64,000 bases of DNA from Candidatus Latescibacterota bacterium (GTDB taxonomy: Bacteria; Latescibacterota; UBA2968; UBA8231): NCBI GenBank assembly GCA_965204725.1, contig OZ242005.1, forward strand, positions 3,040,001-3,104,000, given 5' to 3'. Of this stretch, positions 1 through 10,051 are shown piece after piece. How positions within the stretch are numbered: position 1 is the first letter of the stretch; each line of letters starts with the position of its first letter. The notes under the pieces were generated by a model that was not told the DNA's origin, searched no databases, and was given only the letters and a program-made list of their open reading frames with translations. The position numbers and the translations under genes were made by a program.

Positions 1-97
1 TTGAAGGCACTACGGCCCGTGCCCGGTGCGGGTGCTCGCCGCTTGCGACGAGCCCCCCTGAGTGCCGCACACCCCAGCCCTGTATCCCTTTCGACCC

Positions 98-1396
98 ATG
101 ACGACCCTGTCCCGCTACGTGCTCAAAGAGCACGGCTGGCCCTTCGCGCTCGGCTTCGCGCTGATCCTCTTCATTCTGCTGGTCGACGTCGTATTGCAGA
201 CGATGGACCAAGTGCTGAGCAAGGGATTGACGCTGCTGGCCGCCCTCCAGCTTTTGCTCTTCAACTTGGCCTGGATCGTGGCTTTGGCCGTGCCGATGGC
301 CGTCCTCATCGCCGTGCTCATGGCCTTTGCCCGCCTCGCCGCCGACGGGGAAATCGTCGCGGCCAAAGCCTGTGGGGTGAGCTTTTGGCTGCTGCTGCGG
401 CCCGTGCTGGGGGCCGCTTTTCTGCTCACGCTGCTGATGGTCTTTTTTAACGACCAGATCCTCCCAGACTGGAACCACCAAGCCCGCGTCCTGTCGTCGA
501 GCTTGCAGCGAACCAAGGCGGCCTTAGTACTGCGGGAAAAGGAAGGGGTTTTCATCCCGAACTTGGGCGATTACCACCTGCTCATCCGCGAGATCGCCCC
601 AGAGACCAACGAGTTGGCCGGCATTGCACTCTACGACGCTTCGCGCCCCGGGCCGCCGGTGATTTTACACGCTCCTAGGGGGCGCATCGCGCTGTTGGGC
701 GATGGGGCGTACATCCGCTTAGAACTGGAGGAAGGCCATGTCCAGCGCGTCGAAGCCGGCCCAGAGGAACGCTTTTTCTACGGCACCTTTGCCCGCCAAG
801 TGCTGCACATTAAGGACGAGCGCCGCCGGTATGAACACCGCCCTTCGTCCTACCGCAGCGATCGCGAGCTAAACATCGCCGCCATGCGTCGCTTGGTGGT
901 AGAGCGTCGCCGCGAGCAGGAGCGCGCCTACGGCCGCGTCGATTCGATTGCCGCGCACTACCTCGCACTCCACCAAAGCCAATTCGCCGACTCGACAGCG
1001 GACGAGCTAGCGCGAGCAGGGCAACAGGCGACCGAGGCTCTGCGCCGCCAGTGGCAACACATAGACCGCCGCACGGGGCGGATCAACGAGTACTTGGTCG
1101 AAATTCACAAGAAGCTGTCCATCCCGGCCGCCTGCTTGGTCTTTGCGCTGGTCGGCGCCCCATTGGGCGCGCTCATTCGCCGGCGCGGCGCGGCCGTTTC
1201 CGTTGGGATCAGCCTGTTCTTCTTTTGGATCTATTGGATGTTCCTCATCGGCGGTGAGGAGCTCGCTGACCGCGGCTATATTGCGCCGCCTTTGGCGATG
1301 TGGGCGCCCAATTTGGTCTTTGCCCTCGCCGGATGGGGGCTGTTGCGGGTGGTCGCGTACGACCGCGCCGGCCGCCGACGGACGAAAAAGACCTGA
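98..1396 (+). CDS. lptF: LPS export ABC transporter permease LptF (YjgP/YjgQ family)
   Basis: TLSRYVLKE start, 3 N-terminal and 3 C-terminal TM segments, 'LAADGEIVAAKACGVS' and 'EIHKKLSIPAACLVFALVGAPLG' family motifs; paired with lptG. ATG at 98 preferred over 62. Confidence 0.9.
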   Translation: MTTLSRYVLKEHGWPFALGFALILFILLVDVVLQTMDQVLSKGLTLLAALQLLLFNLAWIVALAVPMAVLIAVLMAFARLAADGEIVAAKACGVSFWLLLRPVLGAAFLLTLLMVFFNDQILPDWNHQARVLSSSLQRTKAALVLREKEGVFIPNLGDYHLLIREIAPETNELAGIALYDASRPGPPVILHAPRGRIALLGDGAYIRLELEEGHVQRVEAGPEERFFYGTFARQVLHIKDERRRYEHRPSSYRSDRELNIAAMRRLVVERRREQERAYGRVDSIAAHYLALHQSQFADSTADELARAGQQATEALRRQWQHIDRRTGRINEYLVEIHKKLSIPAACLVFALVGAPLGALIRRRGAAVSVGISLFFFWIYWMFLIGGEELADRGYIAPPLAMWAPNLVFALAGWGLLRVVAYDRAGRRRTKKT

Positions 1397-1397
1397 G

Positions 1398-2471
1398 ATG
1401 CGCACACTCGACCTCTATCTAACGCGCCGCTTTCTGGCGTGTCTGGGGATCGCCGTGGTCAGCCTGTTGCTCATTGCGGTGATCATCAACCTCACCGAAA
1501 ACATCGACACGTTTATCGACTTTAAGGCCCACCCCAAGCAGATTTTGCTCTACTACGTCTATCGGGTGCCGTACTGGCTCATCCTGACTCTGCCCATCGC
1601 CGCGCTGCTCGGCGCGCTCTTTGCCCTGACCAGCTTGGCGCGCCAAAACGAAATCATCGCCATGAAGGCCACCGGCATTAGCCTATATCGCCTGCTGGCC
1701 CCGGTCTTGGTATGCGCGCTCGCCGTTGCGGTCGCGGCCTTTTTCTTCACCGACTGGGTGGTCCCGTCCGCGACCTATCGGTACAATCAAATCAGCAACG
1801 AGATTAAGTCCTATCACCGCAGCGACGGCTCCCGCCGCCAAGTCCTGCTCCAAGACGCGGGCGACCAGTTCGTGTACGCCCGCAGCTACGATGCAGGGCG
1901 GCAACGCGCCGACGAAGTGTCTTGGGAGCGGCTGCGCGGCTACATTCCGCTGGAGCGTGCCGTGGCCGAGCGCATGGAGTGGCGGGAGGGCACTTGGGTG
2001 CTCCGCAAAGGCCGCCGCTTTCGCTTTGCTGCGGGCCAAGCCGTGGCGACTTCTTCCTTCGATACGCTGTCCCTGCCGAGCTTGTCGTTGCTCCCCAGCG
2101 ACTTTGCCCGCCAGCAGAAGGATCCCGAGGAAATGAATTACGCCGAGCTGGCCGACTACATCGCCCGCGCCACGCTCAACGGGGAGGACGCCACGCGCCA
2201 GCGAGTCGATTTGCACCTGAAAATATCCTTTCCCCTGACCAGCTTTATCATCATCGTCCTCGGCGCGACCCTCGGCGCCAACGCCCGCCGCACGGGCCTA
2301 GCCAATTGCTTCGGCTTGGGGTGCCTGTTCTGCTTTGCTTATTACGGTTGTGTCAAGGCCGGCCAAGCACTCGGTTGGAATCAATTGCTCGCGCCTTGGT
2401 TGGGCGCGTGGATAGCCAACTTGTTGTTTGCGGCCTTGGCCTTGGTCCTGCTGTGGCGCGCCCACAAATAA
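1398..2471 (+). CDS. lptG: LPS export ABC transporter permease LptG
   Basis: MRTLDLYL start 1 nt after the lptF stop; 'LARQNEIIAMKATGISLYRL', 'PEEMNYAEL', 'KISFPL' motifs. Confidence 0.9.
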   Translation: MRTLDLYLTRRFLACLGIAVVSLLLIAVIINLTENIDTFIDFKAHPKQILLYYVYRVPYWLILTLPIAALLGALFALTSLARQNEIIAMKATGISLYRLLAPVLVCALAVAVAAFFFTDWVVPSATYRYNQISNEIKSYHRSDGSRRQVLLQDAGDQFVYARSYDAGRQRADEVSWERLRGYIPLERAVAERMEWREGTWVLRKGRRFRFAAGQAVATSSFDTLSLPSLSLLPSDFARQQKDPEEMNYAELADYIARATLNGEDATRQRVDLHLKISFPLTSFIIIVLGATLGANARRTGLANCFGLGCLFCFAYYGCVKAGQALGWNQLLAPWLGAWIANLLFAALALVLLWRAHK

Positions 2472-2503
2472 AAAGGCCGTTCGCCCGTCGACGAACGGCC
2501 CTT
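2470..2503 (-). terminator. Intrinsic terminator between convergent genes
   Basis: 9-bp stem GGCCGTTCG (2475-2483)/CGAACGGCC (2492-2500); the A-run at 2470-2474 gives a U-tract on the minus strand. Confidence 0.7.
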
Positions 2504-2526
2504 GGGGAGACTCGGATTGGAATTGC

Positions 2527-3522
2527 TCAGCTAATGCCTTGCTCTAAATGGTAGATTTTGAGCTTGAGTGAGGCCGAGCGAGATTTCCAATTTTCTAGCA
2601 GGGCGGCCGCTTGCTGCCCTGCTTGACCGTCGAGTCTCCCACTGAACCCAACTAATAGCGGCGCTAGACGGGCGACCTTGTCTTCAGACGCCCCGGAGGT
2701 GAGTCGCTCAAAGTGGCCGATTAGGTCGGCGTCCAACGGCGTGTCGGCTCGCTGGGCGATCCCGCGCAGGAAGCGGGCGTGGGTCCGGGCAAAGGCCGCG
2801 TCCTCGCCGCACTTGCTGAGCAGGTGGCGCAGCAGTTTGGCCGCTGGCGCCGCTTGGAGGACTTCAGTGGCTATCCGCGCCGCCTGTTGCCAGACGCTGG
2901 AGGTCGCAGCCATGGTTTGGGGTTGCCCCGCCTCCACGAAGAGGGAAAAGAGCGGGATCTGCGGCAAGTGCGCCAAGACCGCGCGCAAGAGGCTCTCGTT
3001 GGGGCCGCACTTGAGGAGGCAGTCGATTGTATAGGGTATCATAGAGGGATGGGTGCGGCGAATTTTGTCGAGGAGTACGGCCGCGACGTCGGCTGGGAGG
3101 CCCGCGGCCAGTGCTGCGGTGATCGGCGCGAGGGTTTGGCGGCTGATTGGCACGCCCTGCGCCGCCTCGCGGACGACCGCCCGCTCCTTGCTGGTTAGGA
3201 ATTGGGCCACTTCATCGCACTGACGCAACGCTTGCACCAAGGCCGCAGCGAGGCGAGGGTCGGGCTCTTGGTGCGCCAGTCGCACGATCCGGCGCAGCAT
3301 GCGGAGCGAAGCCAGCCAAGAGCGGTCATGGCTCAAGGCGTCGATGGCCGCCAGCCGTCGGCTGTCGCCCGAGTCCTCGGCGATGGTCAAGAGCTGGTCC
3401 AAATCGTCCGTGCTGAGCGCCAGCCGGTGCGGTTGAGCCGGTTCGCCTTGGAGCAATTGGTCCAGCGATGTTTCGGCGACCGGCGTCGCTTCTTCGCGCC
3501 AGTCGCGGATGTCCAAAACCAT
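2527..3522 (-). CDS. Hypothetical alpha-helical (HEAT/ARM-like) protein
   Basis: Long Leu/Ala-rich ORF with 'RRLAAIDALS' and 'VVREAAQG' HEAT-like segments; ATG 3522 preceded by AAGGGG. Confidence 0.6.
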   Translation of the reverse strand: MVLDIRDWREEATPVAETSLDQLLQGEPAQPHRLALSTDDLDQLLTIAEDSGDSRRLAAIDALSHDRSWLASLRMLRRIVRLAHQEPDPRLAAALVQALRQCDEVAQFLTSKERAVVREAAQGVPISRQTLAPITAALAAGLPADVAAVLLDKIRRTHPSMIPYTIDCLLKCGPNESLLRAVLAHLPQIPLFSLFVEAGQPQTMAATSSVWQQAARIATEVLQAAPAAKLLRHLLSKCGEDAAFARTHARFLRGIAQRADTPLDADLIGHFERLTSGASEDKVARLAPLLVGFSGRLDGQAGQQAAALLENWKSRSASLKLKIYHLEQGIS

Positions 3523-3715
3523 GTTTTTGACCCCTTTGCTGTGCCAAAAATGCGCGGCTGGCACAGCTAGCCATTAGCAGAAACAGAAACTGCTCTGCTC
3601 TAATGCGAGAGACGAAAAAGTAAGGGGAAGGGGTTGAAAATTTACCGCGGGCTTCTCAAACGTATAACCCGCCCCGCGATAAAGCAAGCGAAAATATTGC
3701 CCGCTCTTTGCAGCA

Positions 3716-4165
3716 TTATGGGGACGCGCCGGTGATCGCTAGGCTGAAAGGATCGGATTCGTCCGCCAAGCGCACGTGTAAGACCCAATCGCCGTCAATC
3801 GCGACCTCGATTTCGCGCCGCACCCGAATTCCGTCTGTCGTGCGCGGCACGAGTACCAAGTCGAATTCCACTGCTAGACCGGCTGGCAGCACCCCGTCCG
3901 AAACCTCTGTGCGCTGGCCGGCCGGTACGCGGGTGCGCACGATCCGCGGCGCGTCCGCATCGGTCTCGTTGAGGTACGCTACTTCGAGATCGTAGGCTGT
4001 GTGGTTAGCGACCGAGACGGTCCCGTCCCGACCAGTGGGTTCGGGGGAGACCGGTGCCGGCGGGGCGGTAGGGCCTGTGCCGCCGCAGCCGCTGAGCAGC
4101 CAAGCGGCTAGCAAGAGCGCGGCTTTTACTGCGCCGCGACGCGGATCAATGCTTGGGCGATCCAT
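3716..4165 (-). CDS. Putative lipoprotein, beta-rich, unknown function
   Basis: Hydrophobic stretch ending in lipobox LSGC, Pro-rich linker, beta-strand-like domain; overlaps the selA 3' end; start uncertain. Confidence 0.65.
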   Translation of the reverse strand: MDRPSIDPRRGAVKAALLLAAWLLSGCGGTGPTAPPAPVSPEPTGRDGTVSVANHTAYDLEVAYLNETDADAPRIVRTRVPAGQRTEVSDGVLPAGLAVEFDLVLVPRTTDGIRVRREIEVAIDGDWVLHVRLADESDPFSLAITGASP

Positions 4166-5508
4166 TCCACCTCGTCGTCCTGCACGGTGCGCATGTCGAG
4201 CAGGAGCTGGTCGCGGGCGATGCGACCAATTACCCCCTGCCGCCTGAGCTGCCGCCCTAGCCGCTCGACCCGGGCCGCGTCCGGCTGGAGGGCCACGGCC
4301 CGGCTGGGGATCTCGGCTAGGGGCAGCGAGCCGCTGCCGGCTTGGGCCAGCGATTCGACCACTTTGAGGCGGAGCGCATGGCAGGCCGCCTCGGGCAGGA
4401 GGGACCGGAGCTTCTGAGCACGCGCCTCCAAGGTCTCAACGGACGCCCGCAGCATCGCCAGCACGGGCAGGGCATGCGTTAGCTCGTCCGGCGGCCGGCG
4501 ATAAAGCGACAACACAGCTTCGAGCGCGGCGTAGATCAGCTTGTCGCAGCGCAGGGCGCGCATCAGCGGATTTTGGCGCACTTGCTCCAGATAGGGACGC
4601 TGGCCGGCGATGATACCTGCTTGCGGCCCGCCCAGCACCTTGTCGCCGCTAAAGCTGACTACGGCCGCCCCGGCCTCGAGACTCGCGGCGACTACCGGCT
4701 CGGGCGGTAGCCCCCACTGCTCCAGATCGACCACAGCACCGCTCCCTAAGTCGTGAACCAGCGGCACTCCCGCACACCGGCTCAGGGCGGCCAAGTCCTT
4801 TAGGCGTACTTCGGCCGTAAAGCCTTGGACCCTGTAGTTGCTCGGATGCACCACTAAAATGGCCCCGGTTTCTGAGCCGATGGCGCGCTCGTAGTCGCGC
4901 AAATGCGTACGATTCGTCGTGCCGACCTCGCGCAGTTTGGCGCCGCTGGCCGCGATGACGTCGGGCAGGCGGAACGAGCCGCCGATCTCGACCTGTTGCC
5001 CCCGCGAAACCACCACTTCCCGTCCCCGCGCCAAGGTGTCGAGCAGCAGGAGCACGGCGGCCGCGTTGTTGTTGACTACAGCGGCTGCTTCCGCGGCGGT
5101 CGCCGAGCATATAAGGGCCTCGACGTGCTGGCCGCGGTCGCCGCGTTGGCCCGCCTCCAACTCGAATTCGAGGTTGCAATAGCCAGTGGCTACTCGGGCG
5201 ATGGCCTCTTGGGCCGTTTGGGGCAGGGGCGCCCGGCCCAAGCCGGTGTGCAGCACCACGCCGGTGGCATTGACGACGCGATGCAGCCGGGGCGCGGCTT
5301 CCCGCTCAATGCAGCGGCGCACGGCCCGCTCAACCCGCAAGCCCAAGGCCGCCCGCTCCTCGGCCACAGTGCCTTCCCGCACTTGGCAACGCACATCCGC
5401 AATGCAGCGGCGCACCTGCTCGACGACATAGGTGCGGTCGTATTCTCGCAACAGGTCGGCGACCTGTTTGAGGATCTGATCTACCGAGGGCAGCCTAGCT
5501 TCATTCAT
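4126..5508 (-). CDS. selA: L-seryl-tRNA(Sec) selenium transferase
   Basis: LPSVD start, 'VVNATGVVLHTGLGRAPL', 'VNNNAAAV', 'EVGTTNRTH', PLP-lysine motif 'FSGDKVLGGPQAG'. Confidence 0.97.
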   Translation of the reverse strand: MNEARLPSVDQILKQVADLLREYDRTYVVEQVRRCIADVRCQVREGTVAEERAALGLRVERAVRRCIEREAAPRLHRVVNATGVVLHTGLGRAPLPQTAQEAIARVATGYCNLEFELEAGQRGDRGQHVEALICSATAAEAAAVVNNNAAAVLLLLDTLARGREVVVSRGQQVEIGGSFRLPDVIAASGAKLREVGTTNRTHLRDYERAIGSETGAILVVHPSNYRVQGFTAEVRLKDLAALSRCAGVPLVHDLGSGAVVDLEQWGLPPEPVVAASLEAGAAVVSFSGDKVLGGPQAGIIAGQRPYLEQVRQNPLMRALRCDKLIYAALEAVLSLYRRPPDELTHALPVLAMLRASVETLEARAQKLRSLLPEAACHALRLKVVESLAQAGSGSLPLAEIPSRAVALQPDAARVERLGRQLRRQGVIGRIARDQLLLDMRTVQDDEVEWIAQALIRVAAQ

Positions 5509-5626
5509 GGGGGCGAAGTATAGGTTGCCCCTTTGTCGCCAGCAAGTAGCCTTTGCGCTATAACCTCAATAGCCTTATACTTGCAAAACCCCTCCCCCTG
5601 TTGTCCAATTCCGAATATCTACGTCT

Positions 5627-7633
5627 ATGTCGCGCCCGGTCTATATCCTGGTGGCGCTGCTTTTGTGTGCTTTTGCAATTGACGCCGCCGAGCGCAAGAG
5701 TCCCAGCGTCCATCTGGTCAAACGAGGGGATACGCTCTCTGAGATTGCCGCGCGCTACCGAGTCTCGCGGGAGCAAATCAAGCACTGGAACAAGCTCTCC
5801 AGCAGCAAGATATACGCTGGTCAGCGCCTCAAAGTTGGGCCGCCAGCGCGAAGCGGCGATTGGTATCGCGTTCGGCGCGGTGACACGCTCTTGAAAATCG
5901 CTCGACAGTTCGCCGTCCCGGTCCATGCGCTCAAGGCAATCAACCGCCTCGATGGGGACGTCATCCACGTGGGCCAAAAGCTCCGCTTGCAAGCGGCCGC
6001 CCCTGTTCGGAGTGCCCCGGCTGACGACCAAGACGAAGAGCCGCGCGAATACACGGTTCGCGCCGGCGACACGCTGTCGAAAATCGCCCTGCGATTTGAC
6101 GTCGGCTTGGGTTTTCTACGCCAGCTCAACCAACTCAAAAGCGACCTCATTCGGCCCGGGCAAAAGCTGCGCCTGCGCGCTTCGCGGTTAGAAGAGGCTG
6201 TCCACGTGGTGCAAGAGGGCGAAACCCTGACCGAGATCGCCCGACGCTACCGAGTTTCGGTTAGCCAGTTGCAGCACCTCAATGCCTTGGTCGGCGACCG
6301 GATTCTCATCGGGCAGAAGCTCCGCCTCAAAGACGCGGAGAGCACGGTACACATCGTGGAGCGGGGGGACGCGCTGTGGGAAATTGCCCGTGCGTACGGC
6401 GTCAGCGTCTATCGCCTCAAAATTCTCAACGGCCTTCGGTCAAACCGCATCTACCCAGGGCAAAAACTCAAGCTCTACCCAGACGGGAAGCTCGAGCCGA
6501 GTGCCGCGCCCACGAGCGGGCCGCGGCTGGCCACATACGTGGTTCAACGGGGCGATTACCTCGCGCAGATCGCCCGCCTGCACCAGATGAGCGTGGCTGA
6601 AATCACCCGCATCAACAAACTCAAGAGGAACGCCGTCATCCATCCGGGCGACCAGCTCAAGGTGCGCCCTATGCGCTGGGTGGAATTGTCTGAGATTGAT
6701 TGGGACGACCTGCAGATCCGCCGCGCAGACACGCCGAAAATCGCATCCGGCAACGGCCCGTACTACTTCTCCCGGCCCCGCAATACGCGCCAGCCGAGCA
6801 AGACCTATTACGAGGAGCATCCAAGCTCGCCGCGCCAGACCTATCGCCAAGCCATGCGCTTGTGGCGGGAATTTGAGCGCAAGGTCGGGCGCATGGGGCG
6901 CTTGAGCTCCCGGTTGGAAGGCTGGCACATCGTCCTCGACCCGGGGCACGGAGGGCTCGATCCGGGCGCGGTGGTTTCCACCCGCGACGGCAACGGCAAA
7001 AGGCTCTATGTAGTTGAGGACGAGTACGTCTTCGACATCGCGCTGCGGGTCTATGTCTTGGTGCGCTTGCATGGCGCCCACGCGACCATGACGCTACTCA
7101 GTCCCAACCACCTAATCCGCCAAAACGAGCCGCCGACCCAGACCTTTGTCAACGAAAAGAACGAAGTGTACAACTTGGCTGCTTATAACCAGACCAATAA
7201 GCTCAGTGCTTGGCCGCGCGGCAGCAATCTTTCGACTCGGGTGCGCATTGCCCGTCAGGCTTTTGCCAACGCGCCGCGGGGCCGGCGCATCTTTATCTCC
7301 TTCCACGCCGATGTCGAACCCAAGGCCCCCGAAGCACCGCTGGTTTTATACTACAAAAGCAGCAGAAGTGGAAGGGTAGATCGCGTCTCGCGCCAATTCG
7401 CCCGCTCCCTGCTCCCGGCCTTAGGGGCTGGCGCCCGCGTCCGCGGGCAGGGGCTAGGGGTCTTGCGCAACAACCCCGCGGACGTCAAGGTCCTCATCGA
7501 GCTGCGCAACATGGCGTACCGGGACCACGTCTGGGCCTTGCGCTTTGAGGATCTGCGCCACCGCGATGCCGAAAAAGTGGTACGCGGCCTCCTCGACCAC
7601 GCAGCACGTACCACGCTCCGCGCTGGCTACTAA
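5627..7633 (+). CDS. Secreted N-acetylmuramoyl-L-alanine amidase (Amidase_3) with six LysM domains
   Basis: Signal peptide; six 'Y/HxVxxGD/ExLxxIA' LysM repeats; Zn-ligand motifs 'LDPGHGG', 'VEDE', 'FISFHAD', 'VLIEL'. Confidence 0.9.
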   Translation: MSRPVYILVALLLCAFAIDAAERKSPSVHLVKRGDTLSEIAARYRVSREQIKHWNKLSSSKIYAGQRLKVGPPARSGDWYRVRRGDTLLKIARQFAVPVHALKAINRLDGDVIHVGQKLRLQAAAPVRSAPADDQDEEPREYTVRAGDTLSKIALRFDVGLGFLRQLNQLKSDLIRPGQKLRLRASRLEEAVHVVQEGETLTEIARRYRVSVSQLQHLNALVGDRILIGQKLRLKDAESTVHIVERGDALWEIARAYGVSVYRLKILNGLRSNRIYPGQKLKLYPDGKLEPSAAPTSGPRLATYVVQRGDYLAQIARLHQMSVAEITRINKLKRNAVIHPGDQLKVRPMRWVELSEIDWDDLQIRRADTPKIASGNGPYYFSRPRNTRQPSKTYYEEHPSSPRQTYRQAMRLWREFERKVGRMGRLSSRLEGWHIVLDPGHGGLDPGAVVSTRDGNGKRLYVVEDEYVFDIALRVYVLVRLHGAHATMTLLSPNHLIRQNEPPTQTFVNEKNEVYNLAAYNQTNKLSAWPRGSNLSTRVRIARQAFANAPRGRRIFISFHADVEPKAPEAPLVLYYKSSRSGRVDRVSRQFARSLLPALGAGARVRGQGLGVLRNNPADVKVLIELRNMAYRDHVWALRFEDLRHRDAEKVVRGLLDHAARTTLRAGY

Positions 7634-7635
7634 AC

Positions 7636-7676
7636 ACAAAAAAGCTCCAGAAGTGTTCGTTCTGGAGCTTTTTTGT
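7636..7676. terminator. Bidirectional intrinsic terminator
   Basis: Perfect 17-bp inverted repeat ACAAAAAAGCTCCAGAA/TTCTGGAGCTTTTTTGT between convergent genes. Confidence 0.9.
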
Positions 7677-7695
7677 TGGTTTGTGCTGTGTAGTG

Positions 7696-7947
7696 CTAAA
7701 AAGGCCGTTCCTCAATCAGCCGTTTGGCGGCCTTGCGCACGACTTCGGGTTCGAGGCCAGCCAGCTCGCACCAAGGATCGATCCTAGAGCTTTCGACAAA
7801 GGCCATCTCCGGGGTGCCATCTGGGGTTTCCACGACCTCATCCATCTTGGATATTTCGCGTAAAGTACTGAGAATCATAGCATTAGCAAGGCGGCGATAA
7901 GCCATCGCAATGCGTTCCACTTGAGCACTATCCCGATCTGTTCTCAT
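7696..7947 (-). CDS. Small (83 aa) helical hypothetical protein
   Basis: ATG 7947 with strong AGGAGG RBS; ends at the bidirectional terminator. Confidence 0.7.
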   Translation of the reverse strand: MRTDRDSAQVERIAMAYRRLANAMILSTLREISKMDEVVETPDGTPEMAFVESSRIDPWCELAGLEPEVVRKAAKRLIEERPF

Positions 7948-8194
7948 AGCACCTCCTGCGGGGTTAAGGGTAGCTGAGATGCGGTAATAAGCAATGAGTT
8001 TAGGGCACTGCACTTCGTCTAAAGGCTTCCTTCCTTTCTAATGACAAAAAAGTAGTGTTTGCCGTCTGACTATCTATGACTATCTATATAGTAAGAAATT
8101 TTCGCGCAAAATTTTGAAAAAAAATAACCTGAGCGAAAAAAAAACCATCGCCCCTAGCGGCGCGGCGGCTATGCTATTCGTAACTCTTTTTTTT

Positions 8195-9220
8195 CTATAC
8201 GGTTAGCGGTTCTTCCCGCCGCACGGAGCGCCCCTCGGCAGCCGCCCGGTAGAGTCGGTAAATCCACTCTAGCGTCTCCAAAGCCTCCCGTCCGAGCGAA
8301 TGAGGAGTGCCAGCACTCGCTAGGCCACGCAAGAAATCGGCCCACTCCAGCTCCCACGAGCGATCCTCGTCCGGGTAGTCAAAGCACTCGCGGTCCGGTG
8401 CGCCGCCTCGAGGGTTGCGTCGCCCCACGATGGCGCGTTCCGGCCCGTAGGACCCCCCTAAACCCTCGGCACAGACATAGCCATCGCGCCCGAAAACCTC
8501 AAAGCTGAAGAGGTTTTTCCACTGGGTCCAACTCGCGTGTAGCGAGGCGATCTGTCCGGTGGCCGTGCGAAAGAGTCCGTAGGCGTTGTCCTCCACGGGC
8601 GAGTCCCAAAAATGGGTCTCGGCATAGCCTGTGACTTCGGCAAAGTCCCCCAAGAGCCACTTGGCCAAGTCGATTAGATGCGCCCCTTGGTCTAAAAGCT
8701 CGCCGCCGCCCGCCTTCTCGGGATGGGTCCGCCACTCGCGGTCGTAGCCGGGCCGCCCGCCGTGGCCATAGCGCGCCCGGATGCTCAGCAGCGGGCCGAT
8801 CTCGCCCGCAGTGCAAACTGTGTGCAGCTTTTGGATGGCCGGGTGATAGCGGTGGTTGTAGCCAACCTTGAGTACGCGCCCGCTCCGCTCGGCCGCTGCC
8901 ACGGCCGGCCGGGCTTCACGCGGGTTGCGCCCTAGCGGCTTTTCGCACAAGACGTGTTTGCCGGCCAAGAGGGCGGCGGTGCTGATGGGGGCCAATGCGT
9001 CGTGCGTCGTCGAAACCACCGCGACGTCAATATCGGCCGCGATGAGCTCTTCCCGCGAGGCGGCCACGGCCGCTCCACAGGCCGCGGCTAGTTCGGCCGC
9101 AGCGGCCGTGCGATCGTCGTAGATTAGGGCCACTGTGGACGCGGGATGAGCGTGGGCCGTGGCCGCCCGCCGCTGCCCCACGCGACCCGCACCGACGATC
9201 CCTACCTTGTACATACTCAT
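8195..9220 (-). CDS. Gfo/Idh/MocA family oxidoreductase
   Basis: GIVGAGRVG Rossmann motif, 'GKHVLCEKP', 'GGGELLDQGAHLID'. Confidence 0.93.
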   Translation of the reverse strand: MSMYKVGIVGAGRVGQRRAATAHAHPASTVALIYDDRTAAAAELAAACGAAVAASREELIAADIDVAVVSTTHDALAPISTAALLAGKHVLCEKPLGRNPREARPAVAAAERSGRVLKVGYNHRYHPAIQKLHTVCTAGEIGPLLSIRARYGHGGRPGYDREWRTHPEKAGGGELLDQGAHLIDLAKWLLGDFAEVTGYAETHFWDSPVEDNAYGLFRTATGQIASLHASWTQWKNLFSFEVFGRDGYVCAEGLGGSYGPERAIVGRRNPRGGAPDRECFDYPDEDRSWELEWADFLRGLASAGTPHSLGREALETLEWIYRLYRAAAEGRSVRREEPLTV

Positions 9221-10051
9221 TCAGTCCTCCGGTCGTGATACGCGCCGCACCGCAAAGGTCTCCGTGCCCATGATCGCCTCGACATTGAGGGTTTCCCAAG
9301 GGTCCCAAACCGCCGACAGCAACCGCCCCGTCAGCCCGTCTGAGCGCGCCGAGGCCAGATAGACTGCCAGCGCGGCCGCTCGCTCGCCCGTAGCGTCGCC
9401 TTCGCGCAGCAGGTGCTGGTCCCGCTCCCGTTCCTCCGCGCTCACGGCCGCGCCGGCCGCTAGCCGTTGGTCGAGCATCCGCGTGTTGACCGCGCCGGGG
9501 GCCATGGCGTTGACGTCAATGCCGTATTCGGCCACTTCTCCAGCCAAGTTTTCGCTAAAGCGCACGACGCCGGCTTTGGCGGCACTATACGCGCTAAAGA
9601 AGGGCCGCGGCCCCACCGCACCGCCGCCCGAGAGGTTGATGATCTTGCCGTAGCGCTGGGCGATCATGGCTGGCAAGACCTTGCGGGTGCAATAGAAGCA
9701 GCCGCCGAGATTGACCTGCACCACTTGCATCCAAGCGTCTGGATCAACGTCTTCTACTCGTCCTATAGGCCCCTGAATTCCCGCATTGTTGACCAGCACA
9801 TCAACGCCGCCCCAAGCTGCGAGCACTTGCCCAATGGCCGCCTCTACTTCCGCCCGCCGCCCCACATCCGCTCGCAGTTTCAACGCCGGCCGGCCTTGGT
9901 CTGCCAACAGCGCGGCGGTCTCGTCCAGCTCTGCTCCGGTGCGGGCCAAAACCGCTACGTGCGCTCCCTCTCGGGCCAAGGCCAAGGCAATGGCTCGACC
10001 AATGCCGCGTCCCCCGCCAGTCACTAGGCAACGCCGGCCTATCAGTTCCAT
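9221..10051 (-). CDS. Short-chain dehydrogenase/reductase (SDR)
   Basis: TGGGRGIG, NNAG, catalytic YSAAK; ATG 10051 with AAGGAG RBS. Confidence 0.93.
   Translation of the reverse strand: MELIGRRCLVTGGGRGIGRAIALALAREGAHVAVLARTGAELDETAALLADQGRPALKLRADVGRRAEVEAAIGQVLAAWGGVDVLVNNAGIQGPIGRVEDVDPDAWMQVVQVNLGGCFYCTRKVLPAMIAQRYGKIINLSGGGAVGPRPFFSAYSAAKAGVVRFSENLAGEVAEYGIDVNAMAPGAVNTRMLDQRLAAGAAVSAEERERDQHLLREGDATGERAAALAVYLASARSDGLTGRLLSAVWDPWETLNVEAIMGTETFAVRRVSRPED

Noticed and set aside
3538-3567. TGGCAC hexamers as a sigma54 promoter
   Set aside because: Neither copy has GC at the correct -12 spacing; kept only as an inverted repeat.
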